In this document: one piece after another, positions 36,315 through 48,321 of the stretch
Layout of the letters: every line of letters begins with the position of its first letter
Position numbering within the stretch: position 1 is the stretch's first letter
NCBI GenBank assembly: GCA_951813625.1
Contig: CATOTS010000001.1
Coordinates: 231,928 to 295,927, forward strand
Length of the DNA: 64,000 nucleotides
Reading direction: 5' to 3'
Source: an uncultured Caldilineaceae bacterium
Lineage (GTDB): Bacteria > Chloroflexota > Anaerolineae > Caldilineales > Caldilineaceae
Made by a program: the position numbers and the translations under genes
Notes under the pieces: model-generated
The model's input: the letters and a program-made list of their open reading frames with translations, nothing else
What the model was told of the DNA's origin: nothing
Databases searched by the model: none

Positions 36315-36625
36315 TCCAATTGATCAGTACGGATCGCCTGCGTTTTCGTTTCAGTTTAACCGAATCTGAGGGGCGAGCAAAGCAGTTCCGAAATCGGAGC
36401 GGAGGTGGGCGTTTTCATAGCAGGAACGCCGCCGGGAAGTTCAAGTATTGGTGGCTCTGGGCAAAGCGAGAACTGAGGCCGGTTTTGACACCTTGTTTGG
36501 AAAAGCGAAGCCGCCAATGGTATTCTAGCGACGATATCCACTTGACATCATAGATGAACGCCAACTCACTAAGGCCGAGCCGTTTGTCGTACGGGTAAGG
36601 CCCTTTTTCGACCAAGGTTGCGAGG

Positions 36626-37507
36626 ATGGATGGGTTCATTGCGCAAGCCAGGCCGGCCGTGCTTTACGCACTGAAGGAGGACATCGGGGCGGGTGACGTA
36701 ACTTCGCTGGCGACGATCCGGCCGGATATGGAGGCGGAAGGCCGGTTCCTAGCGAAAGCGCCCGGCATCATTGCCGGGTTGGAGATCGTCGAGCTTGCCT
36801 ATCGAGTGTTGGAAGTGGAGTTGTCGGCAGGCGGCGGGGCCAGCTCGAAAGAGGAAATGGCGCCGGTTCAGTTTTCTGCATTTGTGGAAGAAGGTGAATG
36901 GGTTGAGACGGGTACGGTCGTCGCCAAGGCATTCGGGAGGGCGCTAAGCCTGCTGACTGCGGAGCGGGTGGCGTTGAACTTCCTGCAGAGAATGTCCGGC
37001 ATCGCCACGTTAACCAAGCGCTACGTGGATGCGGCGAAAGGGAGTGCCGCTGTCATCCTGGATACGCGCAAGACGGCGCCGGGGCTGCGTCTTTTTGATA
37101 AACGGGCGGTGGCGCTTGGCGGGGGCGAGAATCACCGTTTCGGCCTGTTCGATATGGCTCTGATAAAGGACAACCACATTACTGCGGCGGGCGGAATCAC
37201 GCCTGCGGTACATCGGATACGAGCCTGCTATAATGGTCTTCCAATTGAAGTGGAGGTCGCGGATCTGACCCAGTTGAAAGAGGCGCTCGACCTCGACCTG
37301 GACCGCATTCTGCTCGACAATATGACAACGGAACAGATCGGCGCGGCGGTACGAATCGCGGGTGGTCGCACGCCCCTCGAAGCATCCGGCGGCGTGAACC
37401 TGGACAATGTGGCGGCGATTGCCGCCACCGGTGTCGACTCGATTTCGGTTGGCGCGCTTACGCACTCGGCTCCGGCGCTGGACATCAGTTTCGACCTGCT
37501 TCAGTGA
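36626..37507 (+). CDS. nadC: nicotinate-nucleotide diphosphorylase (carboxylating)
   Basis: ALKEDIGAGDVTS, ERVALNFLQRMSGIAT, ILDTRKTAPGLR, KDNHI, LDNM, EASGG signatures of QPRTase. Confidence 0.9.
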   Translation: MDGFIAQARPAVLYALKEDIGAGDVTSLATIRPDMEAEGRFLAKAPGIIAGLEIVELAYRVLEVELSAGGGASSKEEMAPVQFSAFVEEGEWVETGTVVAKAFGRALSLLTAERVALNFLQRMSGIATLTKRYVDAAKGSAAVILDTRKTAPGLRLFDKRAVALGGGENHRFGLFDMALIKDNHITAAGGITPAVHRIRACYNGLPIEVEVADLTQLKEALDLDLDRILLDNMTTEQIGAAVRIAGGRTPLEASGGVNLDNVAAIAATGVDSISVGALTHSAPALDISFDLLQ

Positions 37508-37577
37508 CGGTGTAGCAATAGACGGTGTAGCAGTAGATGTCGATTAGAGACTTGTAATTCTGAGTGAGGGACGGCCT

Positions 37578-38711
37578 ATGACAACGGCAACGATTGCGAC
37601 ACCCCTGGCAGAAGTCACCGATGCCGGGCGGATGTACGAGGCTCTTGCACGCAAGCTGCACAATGTAGCGCTGGATGTTGAGTTACGCATCAAGGCCGAG
37701 CTGGCTGTGCAGATCAACCGCCTGAAGATCGAACGGAATGCCGTCATACTCGGCCACAACTACATGGAAGCCGCGCTCTTCCATTCGATCCCCGATTTTG
37801 TCGGCGACTCGCTCTACTTGAGCCGGATGGCGGCACAGACCGATAAGGATGTGATCGTCTTTTGCGGGGTCGAGTTCATGGCGGAGACTGCCAAGATACT
37901 CAGCCCGGACAAGACGGTCCTGCTGCCGGCGGAGAAGGCTGGCTGCTCGCTGGCGGCCAGCATCACTGGAGAGGACGTGCGGCGTCTCAAGGCACAGTAC
38001 CCTGGCGTGCCGGTGGTCACATACGTGAACACATATGCCGATGTCAAGGCCGAGACCGATGTCTGTTGCACGAGCGGCAATGCGGTCGCGGTGGTCAACT
38101 CTCTGGATTCGGACCGGGTCATCTTCATTCCCGACGAGTATCTTGCGAAAAACGTGGCGCAAGAGACGGGCAAGCAGATCATCATTTCAGGTGACGTGGG
38201 CAGTGACTTTGCTGACGATGACCTGTCAGAGGTGCAGACATTCGATGAAGAGAAGGGCCATCCGATTATCCCGCTCGGGACGGAGGCGTTTGACTTGATC
38301 GGCTGGCACGGGCGCTGCGAGGTCCACGAGAAGTTCACCGTACAGGATATTGAGAATGTACGCGAGCAGTATCCCGATGTCTCGATTGTCGCGCACCCGG
38401 AGTGCAGCCCGGAGGTGGTGGCTGCGTCGGATTTCACCGGCAGCACGACGTCGATGATCCGCTTCGTAGAGGAGACCGACGCGCCGCGCTATCTGCTGCT
38501 GACCGAGTGCTCGATGGGCGACAACATCATCGGCGCGAACCCGGAAAAGGAGATGCTGCGGCTTTGCTCAGTGCGCTGCCCCCACATGGGCCAGATCACG
38601 ATGGAAGATACGCTGGCTGCGCTGGAGAAGATGCAGTATGAAATCAGTGTGCCGGAGGAGATTCTCGTCAGGGCGGCGCGTTCGGTTCGGCGGATGGTCG
38701 AGATAGGGTAG
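37578..38711 (+). CDS. nadA: quinolinate synthase
   Basis: ILGHNYM, FCGVEFMAETAKIL, CSLA, VTYVNT, the three-domain NadA pattern, with an insertion of about 50 aa in domain 2. Confidence 0.9.
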   Translation: MTTATIATPLAEVTDAGRMYEALARKLHNVALDVELRIKAELAVQINRLKIERNAVILGHNYMEAALFHSIPDFVGDSLYLSRMAAQTDKDVIVFCGVEFMAETAKILSPDKTVLLPAEKAGCSLAASITGEDVRRLKAQYPGVPVVTYVNTYADVKAETDVCCTSGNAVAVVNSLDSDRVIFIPDEYLAKNVAQETGKQIIISGDVGSDFADDDLSEVQTFDEEKGHPIIPLGTEAFDLIGWHGRCEVHEKFTVQDIENVREQYPDVSIVAHPECSPEVVAASDFTGSTTSMIRFVEETDAPRYLLLTECSMGDNIIGANPEKEMLRLCSVRCPHMGQITMEDTLAALEKMQYEISVPEEILVRAARSVRRMVEIG

Positions 38712-38860
38712 CCACCTACCTAATCCAGAAAACAGCTACAGATTTGGCGGAGCAGGGTCAAGCGCCGGACATCTTGATGACAAGGATGTCCGGCTTTTCT
38801 TGTCCTATGTTACAGATCGGCCATCAGGGATCGAGTGCCGCGCTCTTGCCCAGCCCGGAA

Positions 38861-39652
38861 TTACTGAAATGGCTGTTCCAGCGGGACGAAACCTGCGCCG
38901 CCTTCATCGGGCTCGAACCAGTCGAGCCGCTCACGCAAGGTCACAACATCGCCGAATACGAGGACGGCGGGCGCGTGAATCTGTGCGCCCGCCATCGCCT
39001 GCGGCAGGTCGGCCAGTGTCGAACAGACCACACGCTGCTGCCGCGTGGTCGCGCTGCCGATTGCGGCGGCGGGGCAGTCCGGTCTGCGGCCATGTCTGAG
39101 CAGCGATTCGCAGATATTGCTCACTTGCCGCGCGCCCATCAAAACGACAAGGGTGGGCAGTTGCGCCAAGTGCGACCAGTCGACCGACTTGTCATCTTTG
39201 GCTGGGTCTTCGTTGCCCGTGACCACAACGAAGGCACTCGCAAGGTCCCGGTGAGTAACGGGGATGCCGGCGTAGGCGGGCGCGGCGATGGCGGCGCTGA
39301 CACCGGGCACCACTTCAAAGGGGAGGCCGGCCGCTGCAAGCGCCAGGCACTCCTCGCCGCCGCGACCGAAAACGAAGCCGTCGCCGCCCTTGAGTCGTAC
39401 GACCTCTAACCCGGCATGCACGCGGTTGACGAGGAGGGCGTTAATCTCCTCCTGCGGCATCGTACTGGGTCTGTGGCCTTGCTTGCCGACGAAGATGCGT
39501 TCCGCCTGCGGACGGACTTCGCCGAGGAGCTCGCGGGCGATCAGGCGATCGTAGATGACGACGTCGGCGGCGCGCAGAAGCGACAGGCCGCGCACGCTGA
39601 TCAGGTCGGCGCGGCCCGGTCCTGCGCCCACGAGGTAAGCTTTACCGGTCAT
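38861..39652 (-). CDS. cobA: uroporphyrinogen-III C-methyltransferase
   Basis: MTGKAYLVGAGPGRADLISVRGLSLLRAADVVIYDRL, VVRLKGGDGFVFGRGGEE, VPGVSAAIAAPAYAGIPVTHR. Confidence 0.9.
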   Translation of the reverse strand: MTGKAYLVGAGPGRADLISVRGLSLLRAADVVIYDRLIARELLGEVRPQAERIFVGKQGHRPSTMPQEEINALLVNRVHAGLEVVRLKGGDGFVFGRGGEECLALAAAGLPFEVVPGVSAAIAAPAYAGIPVTHRDLASAFVVVTGNEDPAKDDKSVDWSHLAQLPTLVVLMGARQVSNICESLLRHGRRPDCPAAAIGSATTRQQRVVCSTLADLPQAMAGAQIHAPAVLVFGDVVTLRERLDWFEPDEGGAGFVPLEQPFQ

Positions 39653-39686
39653 GGCCGCTCCTCGCTGCTTGCGTGATTGTACCGAG

Positions 39687-40142
39687 TCACGAATCGGACG
39701 CCAGCAGCGCGGCGATCTTGTCGCGGGCTGTGGTGGCCTGCCGCGGGCGGCCTGAAATTGTGCTGACGGAAACGATAAGGTCGCCGGACCGGTGGACGGC
39801 GGGCGAGTGGAAGTTGCCCTCGGCGGGTGCATCGGCGACGTTTACGAGCAGACCGCTTGCGATCGCGGCCTGCGCGATCTTACGGTTGACGGCACGCACG
39901 TTCGTGGCGGCGAAGACCAACCCGGCGCCGTCGTGGTCTCCATCGCGGTAAGTCCTTTGCTCCCAGGCAATTTTGTTGCCAGCGGCCCAGGCCTGCAACT
40001 GTTCGGTCGCGGTCGGGCTGATGAGGCGCACGGGCACGCCGGCGGCGAGCAGGCTGCGCACTTTTCGTTCACCGACAACGCCGCCGCCGACAACCACGGC
40101 GATGCCTCCGCGCAGGTCTGTAATAGTCAGAGGAAATCGCAT
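39687..40142 (-). CDS. precorrin-2 dehydrogenase/sirohydrochlorin ferrochelatase (SirC/CysG-N-like)
   Basis: Rossmann VVVGGGVVGERKVRSLLAAG, AATN...N..I. Short (151 aa). Adjacent to cobA. Confidence 0.7.
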   Translation of the reverse strand: MRFPLTITDLRGGIAVVVGGGVVGERKVRSLLAAGVPVRLISPTATEQLQAWAAGNKIAWEQRTYRDGDHDGAGLVFAATNVRAVNRKIAQAAIASGLLVNVADAPAEGNFHSPAVHRSGDLIVSVSTISGRPRQATTARDKIAALLASDS

Positions 40143-40164
40143 GGAATACCGCTCCTGGCAGCTG

Positions 40165-41556
40165 TCAACTGAGGGGTACTGCTCGTTTCGAATCGTCCGC
40201 CAAAATTGCGTTGGCGACGCGCAGCGCCTGCACATTTTCGCGCACGTCGTGGACGCGCACAATCCGTGCGCCGCGTTCGACGGCGAGAACGTTTGCGGCA
40301 ATCGTGGCGGCAAGCCGTTCGCCAACCGGCGCGCCTTCGGCCAGCTTGCCGAGGAAGCCTTTGCGGGAGGCGCCAAACAGGAGCGGGTAGCCCGGTTCAG
40401 CCAGCTCATCGAGACGGCGGATAAGCTCTGCATGTTGCGAGACGGACTTTCCGAAGCCTATGCCGGGGTCGATGACTCGGTGCCAGCGGGGCACGCCGGC
40501 GCGGCGGGCCATATCGAGAGCACGGTTCAGCTGCAGGCGCACGTCTGAAACGATGTCAGAAGTTGGCGCTTCGTTCTGTACGTTCCGCCCCCGGATGTCG
40601 ACGTGGAGCGGGGCGCGGTTGTCCATCAGCACCAGGGGAACGCGACGCCGGGCTGCCAGCGCGGCAATTGCGAGCAAGGGTTGCTTAGTGACTTCTAGGG
40701 CACTGCCGGCATGGCGCAAACCGGAGACATCATTGAGCCAGACTGCGCCGGCATCCAGCGCCGCCTCTGCGACCTCGACGCGGAAGGTGTCGATCGAAAG
40801 GGGCAGATCAAGTTCGTTTCGCAGCGCGTTGATGACCGGCGCCACACGGCCGATCTCCTCTTCGACCGCAATATCGGCGTGGCCGGGCCGGGTCGAATAG
40901 CCGCCGACGTCGATCACATCGGCGCCGTCGGCGGCGAACTGGCGCGCCAGCGCACAGGCGGCGGCGACCGGGTCGGGCGCATTTTCCAGCCCGTCGCCTG
41001 AAAAAGAGTCGGGCGTCATGTTGAGAATTGCCATCACGCGCGCGGCTTGGTTCCAGTGCCAAGTGTTGTCGCCGACCGGCATCACTCGCGGCGGCACTGG
41101 CATTTCAAGCCGGTCCCACAACTGCCCTACAGTTAGACCTAAGCGGGGATGGCGCAGCTCCGGCTCCAGGTCCAGCAGCGGGGCCAGAACAAAGTCGCGT
41201 TCGGGAATGCGAATGTGGGGAATCGTCAGGCTGGGCGTATCGACGACGGCGTCATTGTAGAAGAGGATGTCCAGGTCGACGTTGCGAGGACCGTAGCGCA
41301 CAGTTTTGGTGCGGCCAAGCTCGTCTTCGGTCCGCTTAAGCGCGCGCAGCAGGTCCGACGGAGTCAAGCTTGTGACTCCCCGGCAAACGGCGTTGAGGAA
41401 GAGCGGCTGGTCGGTCACGTGCATCGGCTGCGTCTCGTAAAGGTGGGACGTTTCCTCGACCGAGACATAGGCGTTCAACGCGTCCAGGGCTGCGTGAATG
41501 AACGCGGCCCGGTCACCGATGTTGCCACCAAGAGCGATGTAGACTGTGTTCGTCAC
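40165..41556 (-). CDS. bifunctional HPPK / dihydropteroate synthase
   Basis: The N-terminal 160 aa carry FolK motifs (YIALGGNIGDR, YETQPM, GPRNVDLDIL, IPHIRIPERDFVL). The C-terminal 290 aa carry FolP motifs (ILNMTPDSFSGDG, IDVGGYSTRPG, SIDTF, ND, GIGFGK). Confidence 0.85.
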   Translation of the reverse strand: MTNTVYIALGGNIGDRAAFIHAALDALNAYVSVEETSHLYETQPMHVTDQPLFLNAVCRGVTSLTPSDLLRALKRTEDELGRTKTVRYGPRNVDLDILFYNDAVVDTPSLTIPHIRIPERDFVLAPLLDLEPELRHPRLGLTVGQLWDRLEMPVPPRVMPVGDNTWHWNQAARVMAILNMTPDSFSGDGLENAPDPVAAACALARQFAADGADVIDVGGYSTRPGHADIAVEEEIGRVAPVINALRNELDLPLSIDTFRVEVAEAALDAGAVWLNDVSGLRHAGSALEVTKQPLLAIAALAARRRVPLVLMDNRAPLHVDIRGRNVQNEAPTSDIVSDVRLQLNRALDMARRAGVPRWHRVIDPGIGFGKSVSQHAELIRRLDELAEPGYPLLFGASRKGFLGKLAEGAPVGERLAATIAANVLAVERGARIVRVHDVRENVQALRVANAILADDSKRAVPLS

Positions 41557-41882
41557 CGGACTCCTTTATGGGCCTGAATCTTCTTGCCGCGCAGGGGCGG
41601 CGCTGACGCACCGCAGACACAAGCTTGGGGAACACTTTCCTGTCGAGAACCAGTACCGATACGGCGGCTGACTGGTCCGCCGCAAAAGGGCGAAACAACA
41701 GCGCATTAAACCACAGGTTGGTCCTGAAACACAATCGGATATTTGTTTTCGACCGGATGCCAATTGCAGCCGATTCGATTATACTGGGGCGGGACAAGAG
41801 ATTGCTCTCGACGCACGGTGCGCCTCAGTCGCCGGTCGCGAAGCCTCGATCACCGGAAAACGAAGATGTGGAGGGTTGGGGG

Positions 41883-42704
41883 ATGGATGAACTCAGAGAT
41901 GAGTATCCATTGTCGGACGAGCAGATTGCCGGATATCGACGCGACGGCTTCGTCAAGCTGCCGAATGTGCTGTCGCCGGCGGTGTTGGAGGCGTACGGCG
42001 CCGAGTTCACGCGCCTGGTTCAGGAATTGAATAGGCAGACGCTGCCGATTGAAGAACGCAGTACGTACGCCAAAGCGTTTCTGCAGATCACAAATCTGTG
42101 GGAGCACAGCGAGACGGTGAAGGAATTTGTGCTCAGCAGGAAGCTGGGCAAGATCGCGGCAGCGTTGATGGGCGTGGACGGGGTGCGGATTTACCACGAT
42201 CAGGCGTTGTACAAAGAGCCGGGGGGCGGCTTTACGCCGTGGCACGCCGATCAGTTCTACTGGCCGCTGGCGAATGACAACACGGTGACCGCTTGGATTC
42301 CGCTGCAGCCGGTACCACTTGAGATGGGGCCGCTCTCGTTCTGTGTGGGTAGCCACAAGTTGCTCGAGAACCGGGAATTGGCAATCAGCGACGAGAGTGA
42401 AGAGAAAATCGGGCGCACATTGAACGACTATGCGAAACTGGTCGCACCGTTTGCACTGGGCGAGGTCAGTTTTCATTCGGGTTGGACATTTCACCGGGCG
42501 GGGCCGAATCGGACCGCCCGCATGCGGGCGGTCATGACGATAATCTATATGGAGGACGGCATGCGCGTTGCCGCGCCCAAGAGCAGGAATCAGCAGGTGG
42601 ACTGGGACCGCTGGCTGCCGGGCGCGCAGCTGGGCGAAGCGATCGATACGCCGCTGAATCCCGTTTGCTATAACAGAAGGCATGCAGCGGTAGCGTCGAA
42701 GTAG
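41883..42704 (+). CDS. phytanoyl-CoA dioxygenase (PhyH) family Fe(II)/2OG oxygenase
   Basis: YRRDGFVKLPNVL, WHADQFYW (HxD), FHSGWTFHRAGPN (distal His/Arg). The ORF opens at 41625, but the conserved start is MDELRDEY. Confidence 0.8.
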   Translation: MDELRDEYPLSDEQIAGYRRDGFVKLPNVLSPAVLEAYGAEFTRLVQELNRQTLPIEERSTYAKAFLQITNLWEHSETVKEFVLSRKLGKIAAALMGVDGVRIYHDQALYKEPGGGFTPWHADQFYWPLANDNTVTAWIPLQPVPLEMGPLSFCVGSHKLLENRELAISDESEEKIGRTLNDYAKLVAPFALGEVSFHSGWTFHRAGPNRTARMRAVMTIIYMEDGMRVAAPKSRNQQVDWDRWLPGAQLGEAIDTPLNPVCYNRRHAAVASK

Positions 42705-42764
42705 CGCAGGCTGAGAACGTGTCGGGCTGACGGATTGGCTTTTTGAGCTTGGGGGCTGATCAAA

Positions 42765-43790
42765 ATGAAAGGTGTAGCGAAGCTGCGGGCGGGCGTGGGC
42801 GAGGTGGGGTTGTTGGAAGCACCCGAACCGACCGCGACCCCCGGACATCTGGTGATTGAAGTGACGGCAGGCGGTCTGTGCGGCACGGACGTGCACATCT
42901 TCCACGACGAGTATCCGTGCAAGCCGCCGGTTATACTCGGACATGAGGTGGCAGGAAGGGTCGTGGATGTAGGGGAAGGAGTCACGCGTTGCAAGACCGG
43001 CGACCCTGTGACAAGCGAGCCGTATTACCGCCTGTGCGGATCGTGCGCGTACTGCCGGGCCGGGATGCCGAATCACTGCGGACAGCGTGCGTCGATTGGC
43101 AGTGGCGTACACGGCGCGTTTGCTCGCTACGTGCAGGTGCCCGAACGGTCGGTGCATCTTCTACCGCAGGGCGTCGACGAGTGGTCAGGCGCGCTGACCG
43201 AGCCGCTGGCCTGCTGTGTGCATGCGTTGGAAAACACGAAGGTCGAGCCCGAGGATGTTGTGGTCGTAACCGGGCCGGGGGCGATCGGTCTGCTGATGTT
43301 ACAGGTAGTCAAGGCCGCGGGCGGGCAGGTCGTGGTCGTTGGAACGGAGACGGACGCGGCGCGGCTGGACCTGGCGTTGACGTTGGGCGCGGATGAGGCG
43401 CTCGCGGTGGGCAGCGACGATGTTCAGAGGGCAGTAGCGGCGCGCAGCGACGGGCTCGGAGCGGACGTCGTCTTTGAGTGTTCGGGCGCGGGCGCGGGGG
43501 CGCAGACGGCATTGGATCTGGTCCGGCACCGGGGCCGGTATGTGCAGGTGGGGCTCTTCGGCAGGCCGGTTACCTGGGAACTCGAGCAGGTCTGCGTCAA
43601 AGAGGTGCAGGTACAGGGAACGTTTGCCACGGTCTCAAGCTCGTGGCGCAAAGCGCTGGCCCTAATGCGTTCCGGCCTCGTCCGGACCGGGCCGCTCATC
43701 AGCCACCGACTGCCATTGTCGGACTGGCAGCTGGCCTTTGAGTTGTTCGAGCGCCGCCAAGGCGTCAAGCTCGTGTTCACGCCGGCGTAA
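42765..43790 (+). CDS. zinc-dependent alcohol/polyol dehydrogenase (MDR family)
   Basis: GLCGTDVHIF, GHEVAG, structural-zinc cluster CGSCAYCRAGMPNHC, Rossmann VVTGPGAIGL. Confidence 0.85.
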   Translation: MKGVAKLRAGVGEVGLLEAPEPTATPGHLVIEVTAGGLCGTDVHIFHDEYPCKPPVILGHEVAGRVVDVGEGVTRCKTGDPVTSEPYYRLCGSCAYCRAGMPNHCGQRASIGSGVHGAFARYVQVPERSVHLLPQGVDEWSGALTEPLACCVHALENTKVEPEDVVVVTGPGAIGLLMLQVVKAAGGQVVVVGTETDAARLDLALTLGADEALAVGSDDVQRAVAARSDGLGADVVFECSGAGAGAQTALDLVRHRGRYVQVGLFGRPVTWELEQVCVKEVQVQGTFATVSSSWRKALALMRSGLVRTGPLISHRLPLSDWQLAFELFERRQGVKLVFTPA

Positions 43791-44343
43791 CGGCGCGCGT
43801 TGGGCTTGAACGAATCAAGCATCCGAAGAGTGAAGGCTGTTCCTGGTCCGGTTGTCTAAGCGGGCTCTGACCGCATGCTACCGTGCGCCAAAGCTCCGGA
43901 GCAGCAGCATATTCGACGGCTTAAATTGCCTTCCCAACGAAACCCAGAGATTCTGTTTAAGGGCCGTGCCGGCGGAACGCCCAAGCATCCAGCCTGCCCC
44001 TCTTCTGATAGTCCGTCGTTTGAAGAAGGATGCCCATGAGAAACCAGGGCCGAACAACGAGAATCGACCGAAAGATCGGAATCACGTGCAAGAGCCAGAC
44101 GACCGCCATTTAAGGTCTGCAAACACGCAAATCTGGCGCCCAACGGCAGAGAGAACCAGGATAGTCCGGCCAGGTTGAAAACGTCGAATCGCTCGGTCTT
44201 ACAAGGGAAACTGCTTGGAAACCGGTAACCACGCTATTGAAACCAAGAGCTATTCCTTTGCGCCTTAGAGCGTGAGACGACTAGTATCCCAGGATGCGAC
44301 TCTTGCCGAAAGTTGTGGTATCAAAAGGGATCTATATTTGGGT

Positions 44344-45426
44344 ATGAGTCAGAGTGTACGATCGACGATTCCGGCCGGCCCACGCTGTCCCAACTGTGGA
44401 TCGCGGGTGGCCCAAGATGCTGAATCCTGCTACTTCTGCGGTCAAGAGCTGACGGGAATCACCAGGAGAAGGCCGGCGCGTCTCATGTTGCGGGACGCGA
44501 CCCTGGTGCTCGTCTTGCTGGTTGTGGTGATTGGATGGTGGCAGTTTGGCAGGCAGAGCGAAGAGAACGGTCAGTTTACTGAGGCCCAGGGTTCGCTTGT
44601 GCCGGAGGAGGGCGCCAACGCTGTTTCAACGGCCAACGGCAGGGAGGAGCCAGAAGCCGAGCCGTTGATTCAGCGCCATACGGTGCAGAGAGGAGAGACG
44701 CTTCTCGGCATCGCCGCCAGGTACGGTGTAACCGTGGCGGACGTGCAGGCGGCAAACAGGTTGGAAGGCACGCAGATCCGGGCCGGAGAGGTGCTCCTCA
44801 TACCGATTCCGCTGTCGATTTCGGAGAACGGGGTCGAAGACGGCGGGTCGACGATATCTACGATCTTCAACTATACGGTCAAGCCGGGAGACACGCTGAT
44901 ATCGATTGCCGTGCGGCTCGGTACAAACGTAGCCGCAATCCAGAATGCAAATGATATAGGTGCAGACGGGTTCATCCGACCCGAACAGGTGCTCCTGGTT
45001 CCTGTGTCCGGTGTGCCTGCCACCGTGTTGACGGCGGGCGCGATGCCAGCCGCGCGCGCGGCGGGAGCCGTGAAGTACGAGGCGCCTCAACTATTGGGGC
45101 CGATTGACGGCGAAAGCATTGCGCGCGAAGACGGCGTCCTGTTCCGCTGGTTGAGCGGGGGCCTTCTGGAGGAGAATGAATGGTACGTTTTGTACATCTG
45201 GCCGCTGGAAGGGTTGTTCGAGCTGCCGCCGCCGATATGGACAAAATCGACCAGTTTTCGGCTGTCGAATCAGTGGGCCCCCCCGCCGGACCGCGAGGTC
45301 ACATACAGGTGGCAGATCTCCGTTGCGCGTGTGCTGGCCGGCGACGGGGGAGAACGGAGCGTTGAGACCGCGGGCGTGCCCAGCGACGTTAGAAGTTTTG
45401 TCTGGTCCGGGCGGGAAGGTCAGTAG
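44344..45426 (+). CDS. zinc-ribbon / TM / double-LysM domain protein
   Basis: CPNCGSRV...CYFCGQEL zinc ribbon, a TM helix (LVLVLLVVVIGWW), and two LysM repeats (HTVQRGETLLGIAARYGVTVADVQAANRL; YTVKPGDTLISIAVRLGTNVAAIQNAN). Confidence 0.75.
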   Translation: MSQSVRSTIPAGPRCPNCGSRVAQDAESCYFCGQELTGITRRRPARLMLRDATLVLVLLVVVIGWWQFGRQSEENGQFTEAQGSLVPEEGANAVSTANGREEPEAEPLIQRHTVQRGETLLGIAARYGVTVADVQAANRLEGTQIRAGEVLLIPIPLSISENGVEDGGSTISTIFNYTVKPGDTLISIAVRLGTNVAAIQNANDIGADGFIRPEQVLLVPVSGVPATVLTAGAMPAARAAGAVKYEAPQLLGPIDGESIAREDGVLFRWLSGGLLEENEWYVLYIWPLEGLFELPPPIWTKSTSFRLSNQWAPPPDREVTYRWQISVARVLAGDGGERSVETAGVPSDVRSFVWSGREGQ

Positions 45427-45543
45427 TGGGTACGCCGGACTCGTATAGCGCGGGCCGGACTGCGCGCGCGAAACGGGACAGATTGGGAGCGAAAGCCGAC
45501 CAGATGGAGTGCGCGCGGCGAAGGCACTTTCCCTCGATGTAGA

Positions 45544-45572
45544 TTGCCAATTCGGGGTGTCGGTTGTATAGT
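45544..45572 (+). promoter_or_regulatory. candidate sigma70-type promoter (TTGCCA-N17-TATAGT)
   Basis: TTGCCA 45544-45549, 17-nt spacer, TATAGT 45567-45572, about 147 nt upstream of ATG 45719. Pattern match only. Confidence 0.3.
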
Positions 45573-45718
45573 GATCCAGTTTTTGATGCCCCTTAGTCCG
45601 AATCGATGGATGGTAGCGAGTTGCCAGTTGACCGGCGGGGCGACTTGGTTCGCGGGAGGTCTCACAGCGAACCTGTTAGCATAAGCCAACTATATTGCCA
45701 CATGGAGGGGAGGAATTC

Positions 45719-46717
<999 letters not shown>

Positions 46718-46769
46718 AAGCTGAAGAACAGATCATGCAAGCGTTTAAGATTGAGAGAGGAACTGACTC

Positions 46770-47969
<1,200 letters not shown>

Positions 47970-48321
47970 AACCAGGTTCACGTAGATGACCGAACAGGGC
48001 GGCCCGCGAGGCAATTCCCGACCCGCAGGCCGCCCTTGAGCGCTCCTACTTCGGTTTACTACGTTATCTGCCGGGCGAACTACATTTGCCAGTGACCCTG
48101 CCCGACGCGATCGCATTCTGGCAAGGCCGTGTCTCCTTTCCTGCGGCGCGTAGGGAGCGTGTTGAAGTAAGCGCATTCCTATGCTCTCACGGTTAGGGAT
48201 GTTTCGTGCGCTAGCAGCACCTATTGCAGTCCAGAAGGAACTTGCCCCATATTGTCAGGGCTCCTTTCCACTATGCACGCGGCCGAGAGCGCAATTGACA
48301 GCGTAAAGACGGACTCCGACC

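Noticed and set aside
36415-36639. A 74-aa minus-strand ORF lies in the 311-bp gap upstream of nadC. I also searched that gap for a NAD-related riboswitch.
   Set aside because: The ORF has no start context or recognisable motif and overlaps the nadC start. I could not recognise any known NAD+/nadA-motif core by eye, so the region is left unannotated.
41850-43157. Very long ORFs lie antisense to, or out of frame with, recognisable genes. Examples are 41850-43157 (435 aa), 6614-7648, 19804-21027, 55096-56412, 57701-58861, 60439-62013, 18148-19404 and 16058-16948.
   Set aside because: The translated products are Arg/Pro/Ala/Gly-rich and low in complexity, with no motifs. Each overlaps a strongly conserved protein on the other strand or frame. 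These are the expected open-frame artefacts of high-GC DNA.
43911-43919. ATTCGACGG (and GATTCGACG on the opposite strand near 44190) resembles the conserved 5' region of tmRNA.
   Set aside because: No acceptor stem, tag reading frame, or 3' T-arm/CCA-proximal GGTTCGA(A/C)TCC element occurs nearby on either strand.
48027-48065. GGGCGGCC...GGCCGCCC inverted repeat after the Gfo/Idh/MocA gene, considered as a terminator.
   Set aside because: The loop is about 23 nt and no T-tract follows, so the evidence for an intrinsic terminator is weak.
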